Below the pieces are notes generated by a model. That model was not told where the DNA came from, searched no databases, and saw nothing but the letters and a program-made list of their open reading frames with translations. From Squalus acanthias (Eukaryota), in the NCBI GenBank assembly GCA_030390025.1, contig JASTWF010000034.1, positions 4,836,001-4,900,000 on the forward strand: 64,000 nt of DNA, read 5' to 3'. Each line of letters begins with the position of its first letter. The first letter of the stretch is position 1. Shown in pieces: positions 37,555 to 48,339 of the stretch. The translations under genes and the position numbers were made by a program.

Positions 37555-39448
37555 TGTTTTGTATGTGAGATGGACTCAAGACTATTAATATAAGATGTAT
37601 GTGATAAAGATGAACTTGATGTGTACGGATCTCCCTGCTCAAGGCAACGGCGCAAAACTTAAGAATTGAAACCTGCATAACAGGAAAACCCCCACAGAGA
37701 CAGCATCGAAAACCCATCGAAACTCACCATCGAAACTCACCATCGAAACTCAAGAGCCATTAAAAGGTGTTAACAAACAATTCACTTAATCAAGAAATGG
37801 CACCAGCCACTGCAGACAGACACATGTTCAAAGGAAAGCCAATCAAGAACAGCCATAAAACTGAGACCCAATCCTTAGGTCTTAGCAATTTAGACTGGAG
37901 ACAGTGGACTTAAAAAGACATAAAATAAGGAACCCAACGGCTCTCACTCTCTCTCTGGAGGACCGGTCGGAGAAACAGGAAGCCCTCCCTCTGCAGACCA
38001 GACCAAGAAGCGAGGAAAAAGGCCGCATGCATTGCTTGACTCAGGGAAGTACAAGTCTGTTTAAATCGAACCCATTGCCTTACCTGTTGTAATCGAGTAG
38101 ACTCCATAGGATACCAGTAGTCTATTGTTTTGATGTGCATGAGTGTGTTTCTTTAATAAACTTATTCCAAGTTGTTTCAAATGAATTGGTCTTGCTGTCA
38201 ATGTAATGCCATGCGAAATAAAAAGCTTATAAAACTTTTGGCTCGTCCAGGATCTGGCGAGACAGCTTTAGATCATTCTTTTAAACAATTGGAAATTACG
38301 GGAGTTGTGATTCTAACCTGTGGAGCGAAGTTTAAAAATAAATTCAAAAGACGCAGGATGAAGGGTCGGGGGGCATACAAAAAGACAACAAAATACGTAG
38401 CTGTAGCCTTCCATGAGAACATATACGAAAAGGTATCCATAAGAGACTTACAAGAGTTACGGGCACGATGCAACTGTAAGGGCCAACATGCGTCCTTTGG
38501 GAAGCTCGTGTCATTTATCCAGGAGAGGGTAGGTGAGGGAAAACTAAGGCCCAAACAGGCAAACGGTCTCTTGGCATTCGGGGCACATTACTGTGCTCGG
38601 AGAGATGAGGAATTAATGAGGCAGGATGCAAACGAGATTCGAGATTTAAAGGGGTGGGTTACCAGATTTAAAAGAATTAAAATTCAAAGTGAATCAACTA
38701 AAAGAAAAGGAGATTCAAAATATTAAAGAACAGAAAGAAGAAGGCATCCAGCTTGTTAGACAGTTAAAGGAGGGTGAAATGCAGCATTTGAGACAATAAA
38801 TCGATCGATTAGGCCACAGTATCAGGCAACTAGAAAGAGGAGCCGAGCAGGCAGCTTCGTTGCTACAGCAACAAAGCCTCTCACAACTAAATGCAAGAGC
38901 AGCTGTCGCGGCAGCAAGTGAAATCAAATTAAAATCAAGAAATATAAATTGGAAAACCTGGGGCTCCGGCAGGAAGTAGAAGACGTTAGGGGGGCATTAA
39001 GGGAAGCAATTAAGAAGCTACATAGGGAGGCAGACCACTGCAGGTGCCGCCTAGAAATAGTGCGGCTGAAGAGTAAATTAGGGCAGCAACAGGCTCTAGT
39101 ATCCGCAGTAACACGGGGAGCCATAACAGAGACAACAGAAAGGGATGAGGGGGACACAGATTTGGAAGAGGAAGGCAGTCAGTATAATCCCCAGCAGGGC
39201 GGCGAAGGATAGGATACCTTGGAGACACAAGGGCCAACCGTAGCAGTAGTGAACACTTCTTTACAGCGTAATGTGCATGATCACATGACGAGTAACCATA
39301 CCGAATCAGGGCCCATATCTGGTGCTGACACCACGGCGTGTAGCCACGAGTTAGGGCCCTATTAATTTTGGGGACGACCCACTGGTCGTTAAGAGGAGGT
39401 GGATTATTTCAGGAGGAATCGCCCCGAGTTAGAAGAGGCAGACTTAAC
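37555..39448 (+). mobile_element. LTR element 5' part: LTR (~37555-38234), tRNA-Pro-like PBS (~38239-38253), decayed coiled-coil gag-like ORF (~38358-39448)
   Basis: Starts TGTTTTGTA at a CR1 break; AATAAA at 38155 and 38217; TGGCTCGTCCAGGAT resembles the Pro PBS TGGGGGCTCGTCCGGGAT; ORF pieces 38172-38726 and 38949-39212 include DHCRCRLEIVRL. Confidence 0.75.
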
Positions 39449-41018
39449 AGGACAGTAGTGGGAACTTGTGCATGGAGTCAGAAGAGATGGGAGAGGTGAT
39501 GAATGAATACTTTTCTTCAGTGTTCACCGAGGAGAGGGGCCATGTTCTTGAGGATGAGAGTGTGATAAAGGTGGATAGGCTGGAGGTGGTAGATGTTCTG
39601 AGGGAAGATGTTTTCGCAATTTTGAAGAACCTGAGGGTCGATAAGTCCCCTGGGCCAGATGGGATACATCCTAGGATTCTTTGGGAGGCAAGGGAGGAGA
39701 TTGCAGAGCCTCTGGCTTTGATCTTTGGGTCCTCACTGTCCACGGGGATGGTGCCAGAGGACTGGAGAGTGGCGAATGTTGTTCCTCTCTTCAAGAAAGG
39801 AAATAGGAATGACCCTGGTAATTATAGGCCAGTTAGTCTTACTTCGGTGGTTGGTAAGATAATGGAAAAGGTCCTGAGGGATAGGATTTATGACCATTTG
39901 GAAAGGGGCAACTTAATCAGGGATAGTCAACACGGATTCGTGAAGGGTAAGTCTTGCCTAACAAATTTGATTGAATTCTTTGAGGAGGTAACTAAGTGTG
40001 TAGATGAAGGTAGAGCAGTTGATGTCGTATACATGGATTTTAGTAAGACGTTTGATAAGGTTCCCCATGGTCGGCTCATGAAGAAAGTAAGGAGTTGTGG
40101 GATAGAGGGAAATTTGGCCGATTGGATAAGTAACTGGCTATCTCATAGAAGGAAGAGGGTGGTGGTGGATGGAACATTTTCGGACCGGAGACCAGTTACC
40201 AGCGGTGTGCCACAGGGGTCGGTGCTGGGTCCTCTGCTGTTTGTGATTTTTATCAATGACTTGGAGGAGGGGACTGAAGGGTGGATCAGTAAATTTGCTG
40301 ATGACACCAAGATTGGTGGAGTAGTGGATGAGGTGGAGGGCAGTTGTAGGCTGCAAAGAGACATTGATAGGATGCAGAGCTGGGCCGAAAAATGGCAGAT
40401 GGAATTTAACCCTGATAAGTGCGAGGTGATTCATTTTGGTAGGGCAAATTTGAATAAGGATTACAGGGTCAACGGGAGGGTTCTGAGGAACGTGGAGGAG
40501 CAGAGGAACCTGGGGGTTCATATCCACAGATCTCTGAAGGTTGCCACTCAAGTGGATAGAGCAGTAAAGAAGGCCTATGGTGTGTTGGCGTTTATTAACA
40601 GAGTGTTTGAGTTTAAGAACCGTGAGGTTATGCTGCAACTGTACAGGACCTTGGTGAGACCACATTTGGAATATTGTGTGCAGTTCTGGTCACCTCACTA
40701 TAGGAAGGACGTGGAAGCATTGGAAAGAGTGCAAAGGAGATTTACCAGGATGCTGCCTGGTTTGGGGGGGAGGTCTTATGAGGAAAGATTGAGGGAGTTG
40801 GGGCTTTTCTCTTTAGAGCGGAGGAGGATGAGAGGCGACTTAATAGAGGTTTATAAGATGATGAGGGGGATAGATAGAGTGGATGTTCAGAGACTATTTC
40901 CTCGGGTAGAGGCAGCTGTTACAAGGGGGCATAACTATAAGGTGCATGGGGGGAGATATAGAAGGGATGTCCGAGCTAGATTCTTTACTCAGAGAGTGGT
41001 TGGGGTGTGGAATGGACT
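39449..41018 (+). mobile_element. Young CR1 ORF2 RT segment, truncated at both ends, near-identical to 16225-17794
   Basis: 533-aa ORF differing from 16137-17894 at only a handful of residues; 3' UTR and tail are missing. Confidence 0.97.
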
Positions 41019-43247
41019 AATGAGAACAGGAGCAATTTTGCCATTTCGGCATCGTCACAATCGTTAATGGCTGCTGATTGTTCCACCTCCATGAAGTGGA
41101 CTGAGGGGTCTTCCTTTTGGGTAAGTTTACTCAGGTGGCTTACCATAGCCCTAAGCTGTTGTGTACCTTGGGGAGCCAAGAATTGACTTTCAAGGGGTCC
41201 CTGACCTCCACCACCGGCGGGCGGGCCGAACTTTTGCTGTCGTGCTGGGCACATTGGCCCTGGCTCCGACTTCTCCTGCATCGGTTCGCCCCCCTCTCCC
41301 TGCTGCCAGACCGAGTCAAAACTCGGCGCCACAGGCGCTGGTGTGCACTCCCTGTCAGCCTCACAGATTGTCCGCACCTCCTGCTGCCTAACCAAGCTTC
41401 TCCTTGGCGCCACATGTGGTGATCCAACATTCTCCCCCTGCTCTTCCAGGTCTGCCCTGGCCGCACCCGGGCTTATCAGGCACAGCATGCCTTTTGCCTT
41501 GGACAGAGCAAGGTTCAGACTCTCAATCTGCTTCTGACAGGGGCCGTGGTCCCCTACCTCAAACTCCCTTGTACTGGCTACTCTATAGGCTGCCTGAACA
41601 TCGTTTAACTTCTCTGTGAGTTCCCTTAATTGCTTGGCAAGGCGGGTGTTCTCTTCCCGCAATGCCAGTTCACTACTTTTGGCCTCGGTGGCCTGACACT
41701 GGAGGTATCCCTTACTGGCACGGTGTTCCTCCAGCATCTGTGACTGTTCCTGATCTTTTGTGCAGAGCTCTGCTAACAACATATCCCCTGCTATAGCTCT
41801 GACACGGGACAGTTGGCTTTCTTCCTTTAGCTCTTCTGTGACAGCCTGAATGCGCTTCCCCATAAGCTGCTTTTGTTTCTGGGAGCAGACCAATCATATG
41901 GCTTTCTCCACAGAATCTTTTGCATTCCTTGCTCTCAGTCCATGCAGCTGCAGCGAACATAGGACGTTCAGCATGCAATAGCCTGAGGACCCATTACTTG
42001 TTGATATTTACTTTTTTATATACATAGGATGACATCCTCTCTTCCATTTTTGTTCTCTCCTCAAAACCAGCATTTACTGCTTCACAACCCTTTCGCCAAA
42101 GTCCTGCCGCGGTCGCCATTACGTAAGGAGTATCTTAAGTGGGGTCAGCCTTCGCTTTCTGACACAGTGAGCGGTTCGAATCACTCCAACACACCTCCGG
42201 TCCCTAGACTTTGGGCTTATTTAGGGGTTGTGAACAAAATTGCAGTAAACAGGTTCTGATGAAATAAATTTACTTTATTAAAAGAAAAAAAAGTAACAAA
42301 CTTGAAACACACTTATTACTTAAACACAGATTCGGGGAACACACGGTACAAGCGAGGGAAATGATAATATATCAAACAAAACCTTATCCCTCCCAAAGAT
42401 CCCACTATCTGGCTCGGTTTTTGGTTTCAGGAGGTCAGGGATAATGCTCACCAACGAATCCTTGACAGGATAGTCGCACTGGTTTCTTCTTGCGTGCTGG
42501 TATTCTGGCCTCCTTTCTCGTGGCTTGTGGTAAGTTTTGCTGGAGCAGGGAGAGAGCTGTGTTCGCGTCGTCAGTCAGTCCAAAAAGAGAGAGATTATGG
42601 CACAGGCTTTCACATTATACTGTTTTTTTTTCGCGCCTAAAAACCCCTTACTAAAACGAATTCCTTTTTGAATGTAAATGACCCTTGCTTCGTCCAATTG
42701 TCTAGTTTTTGACGGGCTGGCCAGTTCCGATGGTTTTTGCTTAGTGTTAATCGTTTGCCGATTTAAAAACACGGCCTTATCTACGCGCCAAATCTTCACC
42801 CTATTGTCCTTCTGTTGGCGGGCTTTTAAATCTGATCTCTGGATACCTGGTTGATTGTTTTTTTGATGGGATAATGGCTATGAAACTGTGTGATCGAAGT
42901 TATATTGTCATTGAATCGTTTGTAGATTTCCAGCATCTTGTTTGCCCCTGGGGATCCATATTTGAGTGCGTTTGTGAGTTTTGCTATTGTCTCAAACAAT
43001 TCCCAGACAGCTTGATCTTTTCACTGACCGGCCACGCCCCTCGCAGCTTGTGGCTGTGAAAAAAATGTCTCTCCCAGCAATAAGATTCGAAAAGTCATTT
43101 TCCTCAGGGTTTTCTTTTTGTGATCTTTAGGTTTTTACATCAAATCACTTCACTGAATTCCCATCATCCCAAGTTTGAATGAAAAGTCCAAAAATCACTC
43201 CCTTTAGGACTCTGTTCGAGTTTCTGGGGGATTTTGCGAAGCCTACA
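41019..43247 (-). mobile_element. LTR element 5' part: ~1.1-kb LTR (~42122-43247), tRNA-Ser-like PBS (42101-42118), coiled-coil gag-like ORF (41019-42073)
   Basis: Minus strand begins TGTAGGC at a CR1-tail break, has AATAAA, and ends CCTTACG-TAA-TGGCGACCGCGGCAGGAC. The 302-aa ORF has a long coiled coil, DHGPCQKQIESL and a capsid-like DPSVHF.EVEQ.A.IN.CD..E.AKLL. Confidence 0.75.
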
Positions 43248-44045
43248 GGCCATTTGGACCTTCGAGCCGGTTCCACCATTCAATATTATAATGACTGTTC
43301 TTCTACCTCATCTCCACTTTCCTGCACTACCCCATATCCCTTGATTCCCTCAATATTCAAAAATCTATCGGTCTGTGTCTTGAATATACTCAACGACTGA
43401 GTCTCCACAGCACTCTGGGCTACAGAATTCTAAAGATTCCCCTTCCTCTGAATGAAGAGATTTCTCCTCATCTCAGTCCTAAATGGCCGTCCCCTTCTTC
43501 TGAGACTGTGACCCCTGGTTCTAAACTCCCAGGCCAGGGGAAGCATCCTCCCTGCATCTAACCAGTCAAGCATAGTAAGCATTTTGTATGTTTTAATTAG
43601 ATCACACCTCATTCTTCTAAACTCGAGAGAATATAGGCTTCGTCTACTCAATCTCTCCTCATAGGCAATCCCCCCATCCCAGGATCCAGTCTGGTGAACC
43701 TTCCTTGCACTCCCTCCTTCACAAGTATATCCTTCCTTAGGTAAGGAGACCAACACTGTACACAGTACTCCAGGTGTGTACTTCACCCGGGCCCTATATA
43801 ATTGCAATAAGACGTCTTTACTTTTATACTCAAATCCTCTTGTAATGACGTCCAACATACCATTTGTTTTCCTAATTGCTTGCTGTACCTGCAGGTTAAA
43901 GTTCACTGATTCGTGTACAACGACACCCAGGTCCCTCTGAATACCAACATTTCTCAATCTCTCACCATTTAAAAAATACTCTAGTAGGAAAAATAGAAAA
44001 GCAAAGTGGATAACTTCACATTTTTCAGCATTATATTCCATCCAC
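43248..44045 (-). mobile_element. 5'-truncated CR1
   Basis: W.MEYN.EKCEVIHF...RRMR.DLI...FRTEMRRN.F motifs. Confidence 0.9.
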
Positions 44046-44269
44046 ATATAACTTGCGTGTAAGTTATTAAAATATTAATCACAATGCAACCAGACAATTA
44101 ACAAATATAAGATATTGTATTTATTTAATTCGCAGTATTAAAAAGCACTGAACAAAATGGGTATCCGTATTTTCAACTTCAATAACTTCCATGAATAAAC
44201 GGGTTCCTCTTGAACCAGCACACCACTCATGTAACGAGTCAGAAAAACAGATACATAATTTGTGTCCCT

Positions 44270-44620
44270 GAATTATAAACAAAAAGCAGGAAAAACTGTA
44301 ATTTAACAGAAATAAACATCTGTCTTTCTTTCTGGTCAGGAAAACCAGTAAGACTGACTGGGAAATGTTTACTCATATGTTGATGTAAAGATTTATAATT
44401 TACCAATTTCGCTCCCAGTGTTTTTCTCTCAAACATTCTCCACAATATTATGCCCTGCTCTTATCAAGAAAAATGTTGAATTATTTTAGGTACTTCACAA
44501 TTACAAGCGGGGAACAAACTTCATTGTACTCACAATTTGTAAGCTCCTATTTCAAACATTCAATCGAATTGTACGTTATCAGATTAATCAAAGTATTTTC
44601 TGTGTCTTTCTCAATAAACA
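44270..44620 (-). repeat. Diverged inverted copy of the AT-rich block at 57020-57380 and 62015-62380
   Basis: Reverse complement aligns by eye, e.g. TTGAGAAAGACACAGAAAATAC, GAAGTACCTAAAATAATTCAAC, GGAGAATGTTTGAGAGAAAAACA. Confidence 0.85.
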
Positions 44621-45584
44621 AATAAAATAGTTTCTTGCATCATTACACATCTCTTGTTTCTGTTAACACTTCCCTAAATGTTTAAAAGGAAATCTGTATT
44701 TACATTATTCCTGTGACTTGTTTGGACTATAGAACGACAGGCAAAATAATAGGTTTTGTATTTTTCCCTTTTTTCGTTCTCTTCCTATATGTCTTAATGA
44801 TATATTTTTAAAAAATTCATTTAAAAGTAATATGTAACTCCTACAAATCCTCCCCTGCCCTCCGCCTCCTCAACACCATGGTTGCATGTTTGAGTAAAGC
44901 TACTCACTTCACTTGATCGCTCACAATCAAAAATCGAGAAATTTCAATTTTAAAACATTTTAAGCATTTCAGAACCTCTTTAAAAATGTTTGGACTTCAA
45001 GACCTGGTTGAAACTTGTTTAGATGTGCAGGAAATAGATTTTTGGTTCTGTTTCTTACAAAATCATATTTAAAACTTAGGGGGGAAAAATGTTTTAAACA
45101 CTCATTTATTGTGAATAGTTCATTAAAAATCTTTAAATTCTTTGAAGTCTCAATGCAGCTTTGACAGAAGAAGTTGTCCAAGTTTCTATTTCCCCCTTCA
45201 ATGCTGTCCTTAAACATACAACCAAAATAATAACATAAAGTCTAATCCCAAACGGAGCTCAAATCAGAAAGAGAATAACATGGTTAAACTTGCTAAGAAG
45301 GCCGCGAGGTTATCTCTCCCCAGCCCTGGCGATGAGTTGGGATCAGTGCTGTACTTGCCCTGGGAGCATTTGATTGGGACAGTGCAGAGAGCTTTAATCT
45401 TTATATAACCCGTGCTGTTATTGCCCGGGGAATGTTTGATGGGACAGTGCAGACGGAGCTTTACTTTGCATCCCCGGGTGTTTGGGTATTGGGTCCCTCC
45501 GCACGCTCCAGCTCACTGTGCGGCCTGTGAATTTAAGTGCGCAGGGTCTTACAGATCGCCGCGCGCCCAAGAACCTTCCAGGGA

Positions 45585-45755
45585 ACATTGCTCAGCAGGT
45601 CAGGCAGCATCTGTGGAGAGAGAAACAGAGTCAAAGTTTCAGCTCGATGAACTTTCATCAGAACTGGAAAATGTTACAGATGTAACAGATTTTAAGCATG
45701 TATAGAGGCAGGGAAAGGGGGACTGGGAGGAAAGAACAAAAGGGGAGGTCTGTGC
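45585..45755 (-). mobile_element. Penelope-like element terminal fragment with a degenerate hammerhead motif (45628-45665)
   Basis: Minus strand reads AGTT-CTGATGA-A-AGTTC-ATC-GAGCT-GAAA-CTTT-GACT; it is embedded in 67-bp satellite. Confidence 0.6.
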
Positions 45756-46425
45756 TGTACATGCCCTGGCTGTATTTGGTGGGATTGGGTAGCGGGAGCT
45801 TTACACCTACTGTACTTGCCTTGGGAGAATTTGATGGCACAGCGCAGAGGGAGTTTTGCACTGTACCTAACAGGTGCTGCACCTGCCGTGGAAATGTTTG
45901 ATGAGGCAGTGTAGAAGTAGATTTAACCTGTATCAAACCCATGCTGTACCTGCTCTTGGAGTATTTGATGGGACAGTGTAGAGGGAGCTTTACTCTGTAT
46001 CTGACCCGTGCTGTACCTGCCCTGCAAGTGTTTGATGGGACAGTGTAGAGGGAGCTTTACTCTGTATCTAATCCGTGCTGTGCCTGCCCTGGGAGTGTTA
46101 GATGGGACAGTGTAGAGGGAGCTTTACTCTGTATCTAACCCGTGCTGTACCTGCCCCGGGAGTATTTGATGGGACAGTGTTAATGGAGCTTTACTCTGTA
46201 TCTAACCCGTGCTGTACCTGCCCTGGAAGTGTTTGATGGGACAGTGTAGAGGGAGCTTTACTCTGTATCTAACCCGTGCTGTACCTGCCCTGGGAGTGTT
46301 TGATGGGACAGTGTAGAGGGAGCTTTACTCTGTATCTAACCCGTGCTGTACCTGCCCAGGGAGTGTTATATAGGACAATGTAGAGGGAGCTTTACTCTGT
46401 ATCTAACCCGGATTGTACCTGCCTG
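45750..46425 (+). repeat. 67-bp satellite array (additional units at ~45340-45470)
   Basis: Near-consensus units at 45960-46400. Confidence 0.95.
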
Positions 46426-46619
46426 TGAGTGTTACCAACACCACCAGCGGCTTTTAATCCCCCCGGCTGTCACCCGCTCTGCCGTTTATCCCCCCATCTG
46501 TATCTCTAAGTCCCCGATCCCCTTGAACTGCCCGTTTTTATTCCCCCTGTTAGTACATCTCCTCCACTGTCCAAACTGCCCCCGTTTATCTCCATCACCC
46601 CTGTCAAAAATCCCCGTAT

Positions 46620-48335
46620 ACAACGCCCTGTATACTATACCAGTGTGACACCACCTCTATATACGATACCCGTGACACCCCCTGTATACTATACCCGTGA
46701 AAACCCCTGTACACTACACCCCTGTGACACGCCCCGTATACGATAACCCTGTGTCGCCCCCTGTATACTCTACCCGTGACACCCCCCTGTACACTATACC
46801 TGTGACACCCCCTGTATATTTTACCCGTGACACCCCCTGTACACTATACCCGTGACACCCCCCTGTATAGTATACCCCTGTGACACCCCCTCGGTACACT
46901 AGAGCCCTGAGACACCCCCTGTACATTATACCCCGTGACATCCCCCCCCCCCAATATGCTATACCCGTTAAAACCCCTGTACAGTACACCCGGGACATCC
47001 CCGTATACTATACCCGTGACACCCCCTGTACACTATACCCGTGACAACCCCGTATACTATACCCCTGTGACAACCCCTGTATACTATGCCCCTTTGAGAC
47101 TACCCTGTATACTATACCCGTGACACCCCCTGTATACAATACCTCTGTGACACTCCCCTGTATACTATACCCATGACAACCCCTGTATACTAAACCCCTG
47201 ACAGTCCCCTGTATACAATACCCCTGTGACACTCCCCTGTATACTATACCCGTGACACTCCCCTGTGTACCATACCCCTGTGAAACAACCCGTGTACTAC
47301 CCGTGTCACCCCCCTGTATACTATACCCCTGTGACACACCCCAGTATACTATAGCGCTGTGTCACCACCCTCATATACTATACCCGTGATACTCCCCAGT
47401 ATTCTATAGCCCTGTGACACCACCCTGTATACTACACCACTGCGACACCCACTTGTACACTGCACCCGTGACATCCCCTGTACACTATAACCCTGTGACA
47501 CTCCCCCTTTTTACTATACCCCTGTGAAACCCCCCGTTCACTATACCCCTGTAACACCCCCCCATGACACCACCGCTGTATACTATACCTGCGACACTCC
47601 CCTGTATACTATACCCCTGTGACACCCCCTGTATTCAATACCCGTGACACACAGCTGCATACTATATCCCTGTGACAACCCTGTATACAATACCCGTGAC
47701 ACACCCCTTTATACGATACCCGTGACATCCCCTGCATACTATACCCCTGACACTCCCCTGTATACTATACCCATGACATCCCCTGTATACAATACCCGTG
47801 ACACACCCCCGTATACTATAGCCCTATGACACTCCCCTGTATAATATACCCATAACACCCCCTGTAAACTATATCCCCGTGACGCCCCCTGTATACTACA
47901 CCCCTGTGACACCCCCTGTACAATATAACCCTGTGACACTTCCGCTTAATACTATAACCGTGACACCACCACTGTATACTATACCCGTGACACTCCCCCT
48001 GTATAAAATACCCGTGACACCCCTGTATACTATACACGTGACACTCCCCTGTATACTATACCACTGCGACACCCCTCTGTATACTATACCCCAGTGATAC
48101 TCCCCCTGAATACTTTATCCCTGTGACACCACCCCTGTATACTAGAGCCCTGTGACACCCCCTGTATACTAGACCCGTGCCAACCACTCTATAGTATACC
48201 CACGTGACACTCCCTGTATACTACACCCCAGTGACACCCCCTGTATACTTTACCCCTGTGACACCACCCTTGTATACTGGACCCCTGTCACAATCCCCTG
48301 TATAGTATACCCTCGTGATACCCCCTGTATACTGA
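46620..48335. repeat. ~25-bp minisatellite (TATACTATACCC(CT)GTGACACCCCCTG)
   Basis: Long diverged tandem array read directly. Confidence 0.93.
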
Positions 48336-48339
48336 ACGT

